Below, piece by piece: positions 46,038 through 56,700 of a DNA stretch of 64,000 bases; the first letter of the stretch is position 1; each line of letters opens with the position of its first letter. The translations under genes and the position numbers were made by a program. Origin of the DNA: Schizochytrium sp. TIO01. Lineage: Eukaryota; Protista; Bigyra: Labyrinthulomycetes. A model generated the notes under the pieces. It worked only from the letters and a program-made list of their open reading frames with translations. It was not told the DNA's origin and did not search any database. The DNA lies in the NCBI GenBank assembly GCA_004764695.1, contig SMSO01000035.1, positions 124,001-188,000 of the forward strand. The letters are read 5' to 3'.

Positions 46038-49000
46038 ATGATCTCTATTGGTGAGTTGGAGGGCGTGCTTGACCGCCTCTTCAGCCCAACAGTAGCAAAT
46101 GATGAGAAACAAAATATCGAGAACGGTCTTGGCAAGATCCGGGAGAACCCTGAAAGCGTAGACTTTGCCTGTCAGATTCTAAATGAAAGCCAACACCAAT
46201 ATGCTGTGTGGTTTGCTTGTTTGACGCTAGAACGAGTTGCTCAGACCCAGTGGACCAATGTCCCAAACCGCGATGATGTGCGCTCATTTGTGCTTCGTTA
46301 TGCACTCAGGCAGCATGGCGGAGGACTTCCAAAGCACGTAGTCGTCAAATTGGCAAAGGTTGTTGTGGAGATGGCCAAGCATGACTGGCCTGAGCGTTAT
46401 CCTAGCTTCTTACAAGATATTCTGAGTGCATGCGCGCAGCCCGATGAGGCAACAAGCACTGCAGGCCTTCAGATTCTTCTTCTTACGATTGAAGAGTTTG
46501 CTCTCGACTCTTCAAAGGCTGTTATCACCTCTGCTCGCAAAAATGAACTTCGTTCAATGCTTAGGCAAGAGGTTGGGAACATCATGAAGCTTGTTGCTAG
46601 TACAATGAACCAGGGCCTGTCCTCGCCTGAGGTCAATGCAGGGCGTGAGTCAACTAAAGTGACTCTTTCCTTCCAGATATTGCAGCAGGTTTTTGCATGG
46701 CTTCAAGTTTCACAGGTAGTTAGCGTGGAGGTCATGGAAGCAGTATTCAAGTACATGTCGCTCTTGCACAGCGAACATGCCGTTCAAGCGCTAATGTGCA
46801 TCAACGAAATGCTAGACAAAAACCTTGTGCCCAAAGAGGTTGTAGACTTCATCCTTCGTGTCTCTGTTGCTGCACTAGAGACCTTGCAGAAACTTTCAGG
46901 TGGTCAAGACAACAGTGTACTGGAGAATTGTGCCGCCGGTGTTGTATCACAGTACACCCGTTTTCTTTCCATCCTCCTTCGGAAGCACTTGCGCAGACTT
47001 GAAAGTGTACCCAACTTCTCAGTTGTTTCCTTTGCAGAGCTCTTGGCTACATATACCTTGCGTCAGGAAAACACTGACGACTTTCTTTATGCCTTGGAGT
47101 TGTGGTCCGTGTACACAAAATATGTCAGTGACGAACATGAACGCGGTTCCCAAAGTCAAGCTGCTTCTGCATATTTGCAAGTACTGTGCCAACTTATGAT
47201 GAAGCTTGTTGAACGTGCGCTGTGGTCCACCAATGAAGAAGGCTTGCAAAATATTGACGATGAGCCGCCTGAGCGAGCATCTTCCCCGCGCCTTGGCGAC
47301 GCTGGACGAATGTCTAGCTCCTCAAGCCTCTTGAACCGGTCTTCTGAGGATGATGACCAAGAAGACGAATACGACACTGAATACGAACGCTACATCGCGC
47401 GTATCGCTACCTTGGTGTCTCAAATTGGTGTGCTTCCTGTGCCCTATGAGGGACCTGCGTTTGAGCCGTTGTTGATGGAGGCGGGTCGCCATTTGCAGTC
47501 AAATATGGAAGTTCTCAGCTCATTCTTTCGTCAGTTGTCCCAGGGTCAGACTTCAAGCAGCGTGGATATTGAAAGATACGCACATGCCGCTGCGGACATT
47601 GCCACGTTAATGCAAATCGCCAGTCAACTTGCTCACTGGCTTGTCGTACCAGGACGATTCTCCACACTCTTTGACGCTGCTCTCCAGTACATGCGCTGGT
47701 CGATGGAGCTCATCGAGGCCGTTAATAATCATCGCTTGTATACATACGGCCCTTCTTTTGTCCGTCTGCAAGTACGCGCTTTAGAACTAGCTACTAGCAT
47801 GTGCACTTGGTTGCAGAAGCTCGGCCAGCTCGCACAAGCAGTTCTTTCTACGAGCGGAGAGGTATCCGACGGAGACAAGCAAGTATTGCAGAACAACAGC
47901 ACTGCAAGAGATTTCATTAGCAACTTTGACAACGTTGCCATGCAGGTAATTGACCACGCTTTATCGTCGCTTTCCTCAAATATGTCTCCAGTTCCGGAAG
48001 AAATCAGCATTGCTGCTATTGATTTGTTTGCTGCCATTTGTGCCAACGTTATTCCAACTCGCCTTGTAGAGTACTCTTCCATGCAGAGGGTCTGTGGAAA
48101 TCTTGCTGAATTTTCAGCCCCTCTTGCTATTCGCGCACGCAGTCGGCTTTACGTAGCAGTATCCAAGATGACCTTATCGCCCGCAGCAAAACGTGTGGCC
48201 TCAGGGGAGCGTGAGAAAACGAAGGCCACCTACACAGACCGTATCGGCCCCATCACACAAACCTTGACTACTCTTGTAGAGCAGTGCGCACAGAACCAGA
48301 ACGCAGGTACGCCAAGTAGCCGTGCTCAACACACAGAGCGTTGCCGTCCACTCCTTTCCATTCTCGTTGCAATTAGTGAGGACTCTGTTAACGAAGGCAC
48401 GACCACGAAGCAAATAATCTCCTCGGTTGTCCTCCCAGCCCTCCCCGTGACAGTCCGCTTTATCAACATTCTCATGCAACCTGCGGTGGACCTTGGCATG
48501 CACGGTAATCAACTTTCACAAGACCAGGCCAATCGGTTGCGGAGACAAGTCACTCTCTCTCTAGGCGCCGCAAGAGATGCTTTGGATTTCGTTGTTGCTG
48601 CACTAAATGCATTTTCTCGCCAAGCAGGAAAAGACGCATGCTTGCAAACAGTTTCAGATCTGGTTGACATCTTTACTAGGCAAAGCCTGGCGCATAATGT
48701 TGCTGAAAATGGAAGCGGGGGTCCTTTGTTGCTGCTCAAACTCCTGCGCCTATTTGTAGCACTTTTAAATGACCCTTCGACAAATTTCTACCCGGTCTTT
48801 CCCAAACTACTTACTTTGTGTTTACAGGAGTTCCCGGAAATTACGTCGAAGCTTGCTGCTCGATCTTCAGCAGAAAACTCTACTGGCTCTGCTGCGGCAG
48901 CCGAGCATGCTATTGACCTTTTCGAGGTTCAGTATGAATTGATTCATACTGTTCTGCGCCAGCATTGGCGCTGGTTCTGGCGTGACGATCGCAATGACCC

Positions 49001-49451
49001 TAACCATATGTATTTCACGCGGTCTATGGAACTCTTGCTGGAATCACTTGAGATGCAAAGTCTCGCGCCTACTACATTTCGTCACAATCTGGCAATCTTT
49101 GATGATCTCCAGAATACACACAAGCTTTTTCAGGTGGAGCATTTCAAGGACAACATGCGGCCGGCATTTCTACAAACGCTACTCTATGTCCTTGTCAGCA
49201 AGTCAAGGGAACTATTACAAGAAGAAATCCTTGTTACACTGTACGGACTCGCCAGCGTTGATCTTGATGGATTTTTTGACCAAATAGTTCCAAACTTTAT
49301 TCGCTTCTATGTGAACAAAGTGCACCAATCCCAGCCAAATGAATTGACAGCACGCGAGGCTATGAAAGCTTTAGCGAACCGCCCGAGAGACATGCCGAGC
49401 TTTATAATTGCTCTGCGAGCCTTTGCCAATGATGTAAGGGTACTACTTTGA
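46038..49451 (+). CDS. XPO6: Exportin-6-like karyopherin (nuclear actin-profilin export)
   Basis: Importin-beta N-terminal region and AKHDWPERYP. HLRRLESVPNFSVVSF..LL..YT..Q, LVSKSRELLQEEI..LY.LASVD and D.PSF....ND.R match XPO6 motifs as recalled. Confidence 0.8.
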   Translation: MISIGELEGVLDRLFSPTVANDEKQNIENGLGKIRENPESVDFACQILNESQHQYAVWFACLTLERVAQTQWTNVPNRDDVRSFVLRYALRQHGGGLPKHVVVKLAKVVVEMAKHDWPERYPSFLQDILSACAQPDEATSTAGLQILLLTIEEFALDSSKAVITSARKNELRSMLRQEVGNIMKLVASTMNQGLSSPEVNAGRESTKVTLSFQILQQVFAWLQVSQVVSVEVMEAVFKYMSLLHSEHAVQALMCINEMLDKNLVPKEVVDFILRVSVAALETLQKLSGGQDNSVLENCAAGVVSQYTRFLSILLRKHLRRLESVPNFSVVSFAELLATYTLRQENTDDFLYALELWSVYTKYVSDEHERGSQSQAASAYLQVLCQLMMKLVERALWSTNEEGLQNIDDEPPERASSPRLGDAGRMSSSSSLLNRSSEDDDQEDEYDTEYERYIARIATLVSQIGVLPVPYEGPAFEPLLMEAGRHLQSNMEVLSSFFRQLSQGQTSSSVDIERYAHAAADIATLMQIASQLAHWLVVPGRFSTLFDAALQYMRWSMELIEAVNNHRLYTYGPSFVRLQVRALELATSMCTWLQKLGQLAQAVLSTSGEVSDGDKQVLQNNSTARDFISNFDNVAMQVIDHALSSLSSNMSPVPEEISIAAIDLFAAICANVIPTRLVEYSSMQRVCGNLAEFSAPLAIRARSRLYVAVSKMTLSPAAKRVASGEREKTKATYTDRIGPITQTLTTLVEQCAQNQNAGTPSSRAQHTERCRPLLSILVAISEDSVNEGTTTKQIISSVVLPALPVTVRFINILMQPAVDLGMHGNQLSQDQANRLRRQVTLSLGAARDALDFVVAALNAFSRQAGKDACLQTVSDLVDIFTRQSLAHNVAENGSGGPLLLLKLLRLFVALLNDPSTNFYPVFPKLLTLCLQEFPEITSKLAARSSAENSTGSAAAAEHAIDLFEVQYELIHTVLRQHWRWFWRDDRNDPNHMYFTRSMELLLESLEMQSLAPTTFRHNLAIFDDLQNTHKLFQVEHFKDNMRPAFLQTLLYVLVSKSRELLQEEILVTLYGLASVDLDGFFDQIVPNFIRFYVNKVHQSQPNELTAREAMKALANRPRDMPSFIIALRAFANDVRVLL

Positions 49452-50765
49452 AATGACCATCATTAGGAATGTTCGAGACTTGCTTGATTACTGGGATATA
49501 CCCCCATAGATAGAAAACAATTCTAAGCAAAATTCTCCAATAACATCGTTGTTATCTTCTTTTTCAAATCAGAAAATAATGCGCCAGACATGCTTATGCA
49601 AGTGTTGCGCGAAGCGATTTGCTCCAATAGTGTGTATGTATAAATGTGTTTAGCAGGGTAAACGAGAGAATGACGAAGGGATTGGAATATTCCGGGTTTT
49701 GATATGCAGAACCATACAGGGAGGAAACAATCAACAGCTAAACAAAAGGTAAATGTAGGCCCTCTCGTGAACCTTGAATGCCATTACTCTTTATTTTGTA
49801 ATACTCCTTCTTAATGCTCTTTATTATAGTTCAAACAAAGTTTCGTCGATGCTATTCAAATAGGGTAAAATAGAACCGCCCAGCGTTCCTATGGGAATAA
49901 TGAGGTAAGTTAGTAGAATAATATCAAGGAGAATAACCACCAGTAAAAATGAAACAGAGTAGCTTGGATTAAACAGGGCATCCTTCAACTCGCCGTCTTC
50001 AATGTTGCGTAGATCTTGAAAAAAGACATCGAGGCTGGCTAAGGAGAAAGCCAGACTAATCAAGCGAGCTGTGCCAATCAAAGTGCGCCACTCTTTGCTA
50101 TACAAAGTGACTAAGGATCTTATCAGCGAAGCTACCCATGCTCTAGCAACTAGGATACATGTTGAAAAAGTACTCTAATGGTAAGGATCTGAATAGTGAG
50201 TAGAGTAGCTCGCTAGAAAGCTGGCGGCTGACCAGTCACACACGATCTCCCAGAGCCCTCTTGTCCCTTGAGGGTACAGATAAGAACCGTCTATCAGTAC
50301 ACTGCTCTTCGCAATGGTGATCCACTCACCAGTGATATGTACAAACAACTTTGTGAAAATACTTTTTTAAAATTTTAAATTCTGTTCTTCATTTTTCCTA
50401 GTACTGCAGATATCAGATTTATTTTTAAAGGCGAGAGTGTGAGTGAAATGATTACTTATTTAATAATTTGTTTATTATTCATTTACCATTTTTCCTTCTT
50501 CATTTTCCTCTGAGTCTTTCTTTATTGTGGATTTTATTTTATTTTATTTACAACAATAATAATAATAGAAAGAAGGGGGGAATGATTGTGAGTTTGCGTT
50601 TAGCTTCTCACGCTGGCTGAATGACAAGAACAGTGGAGTTTTGTCATATACATTCACCTTTTCAGACCAAATAAGTAGTACCGACAAATTTCAATAAGTT
50701 CTAGTTCAAAGCTCTGTGACATATGGACCACCCGCTCGGTCTCAGTCTTTGCCTCAAGCAGTTCT

Positions 50766-53700
50766 CTAAATCGCCTTTGAATGCGTCATGGATTGCCCGA
50801 TAAAGAGCAAGGATGGGGAACTTGCAGTTTGCTGTTTGGGTTGCAAAGGTTCGAGCTTTGCTCTGCGAGCACGCCGAATACCCTGACGGCGTGCTGTGGC
50901 AAAGTCATGACGAGGTGGAAGATAAATATTAGATGCTGTCATTGATTGGGCCGATGTGGCAACAGTAAGTTCTGCATTGTTTACAGAAGGTTCATCAGCG
51001 ATCACTCGATGGGCTTGAATTTGCAGGTCCTTGAAGTCGCCGCTTTGCTTGGCAACACCCATGCTTATTGCAGATGCGCACCTCTTCGTGGCATTAAAGG
51101 TTTCCTGAACACGCTCCTGAAGCTGCTCTGCGAAATTTGCAGGTCGATACACTCCACTTGCTGTCTTGGAAGTTCGGAGCTCGCAAAATTGAGAACTCAG
51201 AACTTCAATCTCCTCAGAGGCTGTTCCTTCAAGAGGCTTTTCATGGCCAAGTAATTGTCGGCCAAATGATAGCTCGCGTAGAGGGCCATGCATATGAGAA
51301 CGTAAAGGGGCCCGGCCTTGCTTTGATATACTACCTCGCATCTCAAGTTGGGTACTTTTGAGCACTGCACGTTCACTGCGAAGGACGCGAATTGCATCAT
51401 TTTGTGTAATAGGTCTTTTTGCGATTTCAGACTGAGTTATATGCTCACATTTATTCTTTTCACTGGAATTACCATGAACAGAATTTGAAACCAGACTAGG
51501 CTCCATGTCCGATGAAAGGGAAATTTCACCATCATGCAGAAGCTCGTCTACCTGAGTAAAGAACTCGGATACTTTACTTTCTATTTCATTTCCTCGAGGA
51601 ATGTTGGAGTTTAGTTTACTAAACTCTGGTGGGGAAATAGAATAAGTGCTTCCAGAAGTTGCACTCCCTTGGGAAGGCTTGGTTTTGCAAGTAGGGCCAA
51701 TTGTGTCAGCTCGAACATCAGTCGAGCCTTCTTCATTATCTTCATCTTCAGCACTTTCGTAGATGGTACTTGCACCTTCATTATGTTCCAAGGATGACGC
51801 AAATAGTTCCAGTTCTTCATTTAAGGGAGATGTGGTCTTATTTGTACCCTTTTCCCTGAAGACATCAGATTTTGGCCTGCTTAGTGGGTTTGCAGATGCA
51901 GACTTTGTAGGGAAATGTGGCGATTTAGGTGACGCAGGCCTCAAAAAGGAAATTGAGCTGAGGGAAACCATTTGCGGGGGGGAGTTCGGCCGAGGCTTTT
52001 GTTTCGATAATTCATCCTCAGCTCTCTTCTCTGCTTCTACCTCAGCTACAATTTCATCAGGAACGACTTTCCATTCTACAACTTCATTTTGCCGTGCCAT
52101 TTTAAGGTATGGGTCGGTCTTTTCTTTAGCAAACGACATTTCTTGTTTACTCTCCATATCTTGTAAAAGCTTGATTGAGACGCAGTGCTCTTGGCTTTTC
52201 CATAATGCCATACGAAAAGGAATCGGACCTGTGATTACAGGGGTGTTTGGTCCATCCTCTGAATCCTGTGAGGGGTCTTTTGTTTGATTTTCTTTACTAT
52301 CTTGCTGATCCGAACCAGAGAGATTTTCTCTGTCGCTCGAGCCCTTCGATTTATCCTCCTCTGAATTTAATGAATCTTCTTCTTCAGCAACAATAAAATT
52401 GGCAAAGAAGAAGTTCGGACGATCATACTCTACAAACGTGTTCATTTTTGTCACTTTCTCCCACAATATGCTTGCTATAAGGTCGTCGTCTTGAATGTAA
52501 TCATTACCCCGAGGCGTCAACTGTTTCAACCGGCGATCAATCGATCCTCTCCGACGCTCTAACATAGAAGATATTCGTCTTAGCCTTGCGGACTCCAAAT
52601 CTTCAACATCCTCAAGCAAACCTGAGGAAGATCTTCGTAAGGCTTCCTGTGAGAGGTGTGCTCGTGCCTCTTCCTCAAATTTTCTGCGATCGGCCTCTTC
52701 TTGCTCGCGGATCTTCTGTTCCTCCTCTCTAGTTTTCCCGATTTTCACCTCTTCAGATACAACCTCCCCATTGAATAACAGCTTGCGCGACTCGCTAAAT
52801 AAGCCTTCCAAACGTCTGAGAGACATTTTTCGATCGATTGTGTTATTTTCGTCTCGAACTATAACTACACTTGATTTTCGTGCATATTCTCTTGTCTTGG
52901 GGATTTCAGAACTCTGCACAGATGCCACCACTTTACGTCCGAGAGGGTGGTCTGGGTCGAGTGGTCGATTAAGCTGTAAGACTGGGTCTTGATCAAGGGG
53001 AAGCTGGCGTTTACTATGATTCTGTAGAAGTAATACTTCTTCTCGGGTTGGTCGCGAGCTTACATCTTTAGGAGAGAATCCTCGCACTGAACCGATTCCC
53101 CAGCTAGCAGGTGAATCTGTGCTACTCTCTCCAGTTTTCATTTGCAATATCGGCTTTGGACTCCTCTTTCCTCCTTCTTTATGATCTTTGCTTTCTTTAT
53201 TTATGGCTTGGTCATTATCCGAGGATTCATCTTCCTCTGAGTCAGAGCTTAATTCAAGTTCTAGCCCAGAACCATCTGTCTCTTCAACTTCATCTGAACC
53301 GGAGCCATCATCTTCATCATCATCTTCATCATCATCATCTTGGTCGTCGTCGTCGTCATCATCATCGTCGTCGTTCTCAGTGTCGTTGTTACCATCTAGG
53401 TACATACTTTCCAAGTCATCCCCATCTTGTGAGCTCATAAATGACTCCTTCGTCGAAGGGCGCGATGGCACAGCTATCTCAACTTGGGTTTCTCCTGATG
53501 CCAGACCTTGCTTGCTTGGGTCAATTGTCCTGGGAGAACTAGTATGCGTCTCTTTAGATACTTCTAATTCCTCATCACCAAGAGCTGAATCTGACAATAG
53601 ACGCTTCTTCTTTGATTTCCCAGATAAGTTGACTGGGTGTCCTCCTTTATTTTTAATTTCGATTGGTGACTTTCCCTTCTCTGTAGATGAAGATAAGGAT

Positions 53701-56700
53701 CGTTTCATAGCTGTTTTGTTTGCCTCTTCTATGGAGATCTTAGATTCTTCTGCCTCATCATTCTCTTCATCCGAAGTATCATCAGATTCCCCTAATGTTG
53801 CCGTGCCTGGTCGTGTTGCAGACCGAGCAAGCTGATAATCAAGCAATATATTTTCCTGAAAAGAGGCAGACCGTGTATATATGGCAGTGGGGTTCATCCG
53901 CTTCGCTTGCTCCTCTTCGAGTTTTGTGCGAGCCACTAACCAGTAGTTTTTCATAGATTCCTCCATCTGCTCCAGCATGGCAATTTTAGCATAGAAGTGA
54001 GTAAGTTCTTCTTTCAAATCTGATACAGCCGCACGAGCTGCAGTTTGCTTTGACTCAAGTTCACCGAGACGACGAATAGTTTCGTTTACGCTATCATTTG
54101 ACGCAGAGACAATCTGTGCCTTTTGGCGTTGTTGGAAGTGTAAAGCACTTTGGGCTTGCTGAAAGAGCTCCTGCTGTTGAGCCAATTCTTTCTTCAAAGC
54201 TCGTCCTCTAGCATTATTGAGTTGATTTTGCATGCGTAGGAAATCCAAGTCTTTCTGTAATTGAGAAATTCTCTCGTCAAATCTATTTGATCTCCCCATG
54301 GCGACCTTAATTTCTCCTTCTAGAGAGGTGAGCTCAGCTTGGGACTTTTCGCGCTCAGTTGTCAATTCATGTGCTGTAAGACGTCTTGATCTATGACAAG
54401 ACCGTACCTTAGCAGTCAACTTTTGAACTTGTCGTTCTCCCTCTGAGACACGCTGTGCAAAATCATATTTTCGAGAATTCAAGTAGCTGCATGCTTCGCC
54501 TAGGCGCTCCACGAATTCTGCTCGTACCTCCGCAGCCAGTTTCCAAGCTGCGCTAAGTCGTCCTTTAGCTTCTTCGTTAAGTTTGGCCTCCAAATGTTCT
54601 ACACCAGTACTTGCAATATATGGGTCTACTTTTGCTTCAGAATCACTAAACTGAAGGCTATTGTGAAGAACAAGTGCTGCTTCGTGTTCACGATCTCCGG
54701 GAAGACCACCGTAAGACTGCTCAAATCGTTTTAATAGAGAGTCTTCCGTCTGAGTTAAATTAGCTAAATAAGCACGCATTGTTGAAGCTCCCGCTCGACG
54801 ATTAGGAATACCGCTGTCCAGGGCCCACGAGCACGTAGGTTTGGGACCTAAGACCTTTTGAAACAATACAATTGATTCAGAGGTCAATGTTCGTGTACGT
54901 AGGACATCTTCATGGTATTCCAACGAAGAAGACTTTTGTGTTCCCTTTGCAGGTTCTCGAAACAGCATTGCTCGCACCTCACCGGCATGAGGTATCGTTG
55001 TTTCCTCTAAATACTTTAAAAGATAGGCACTAGGTTTACCTCGCTTTGCTCGGGATTTCCTCTTATCAGGGCTTTGTGGAGTATTTATACGAGCTAGTTC
55101 CTCCGCTTCCTTTTCTGCAAGTTGTTGCCGGACCACTGCTCGCGCAAGAATGATTTTGTCTCGTTCAAGTGCGTTGCGGCGGTTTTTTGTTCGAAGAGCA
55201 ATTGTGTCTTGCTGACTTTCATAAAGTTCTTCGAAATTTTCGAGGACAGCTAGTGTCCTTGACATCGTCAGGCCTGAGATTGGGCTTTGGGATACTCCTG
55301 AGGTAAACACTGCAGTAGCTGTCGATGAACTAGCTGATATCACTGTTCTCCAGAAGCCAACAGACGACAAATGAGCCCAAGATGCATGAATACGAATATG
55401 ACGATACGAAAATCTCTCAAAAGGGGTGAATTCCCCAGCGCGAAGTCGACCTGCGTGCATTTCTAAATAAGCTCGTGAACGTGGATCTGTTGCAACCTGC
55501 ACTGGTGTCCTCCCCTCGTCATCTTCAGCGAATACAGAAGCCCCAGATTTGATAAGCAGAACTACTATACGAAAACCCTCGTCACCCATGTGTCGGGCTC
55601 CCAAATGGAGGCATGTAAGACCTTGCTCATTTCGTGTGTCTACTGCGTAGTCCGCAAATTTATCCATATTTTCAAGCCTTTTTCGCAGTATCAATTTAGA
55701 ATCTTCTTCATTTGTCAATGTATCCTTGATATCCTGATTTGCCATGGTTATATGTGTAGCTTCGTTATCCAAAGTCGTATAGCATTCACTCGCAGGTTCT
55801 TCTGAATTAGTTTCAGCAACATTAGCCTTACGAAGCTGCTTGAACATGCGTAATTTATGCTGTTCAAGCTTTTCAAGCTTTTGCCTTGGAATTGCTGTTT
55901 CAAGAAGGGCTAACGCTTGCTTAACCTCGCTAGACTTTCCTGATTCAACAGCGTGATGTAAGGGAGTATCCCACCTGGGTGCGTTTGGAGATTGTTTTCT
56001 TCGAAGCATCCACGACTTGAGAGCTTCCGTATCATTTTCATCTTCTACCGTCCATAATGATGGTAAACGCGAGCCCTCTTCAATACATTGGCGCAGGTCG
56101 TGCCCGTCGTTGAACTCTTGGAAATGTCGCGAACGGGAGGATGGTGGATTTGCGCTTCGAGGTTTTCTTCCAGATTGCCTGGCAGATCGATGGTCCTTTT
56201 GCTGTAGAACATTGGTCCATACTGAGAAATACTCTTTTTGAATTCTATGAGCCTCTCCTCGTAAATAAACGAAGCGAGCATACTTCCATCGGCGCCGACC
56301 TTCACAAACTCGTCGCCATGCCCACCAAACTCTGATTAAGTAGACATGTGCAACATCTTGCTGCCACATGTAAACTGCATGGAGAGCAAGCTGCGCGTTG
56401 CGAACATTCCCTGCCCTCAGAATACGGTCAGTATGGTACATGCGCAAGGATGCGATGTCTTCATATCGTTGTTTCCAAAGCTTGAGGACATAGCGTTTAG
56501 TATCAGAACGCATATTGCGCGATAGAAACTGCTTGACAACTCGCAGACGTGATTTTCGTCTTGCGTAATCAAACCATGCAACCAGAATATGCCGCATGCG
56601 ACGAAGAAGGCTACCACGTTTACGTGCTTGCGCAGACCAATGTACCAGAACATAGTATAGGCGGGAATGTTCATACTGTTGCGCAGCAAGTCTAGCGTTC

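Noticed and set aside
49824-50105. 93-aa hydrophobic minus-strand ORF between XPO6 and the giant gene
   Set aside because: TTG start, no recognisable family and no convincing upstream exon.
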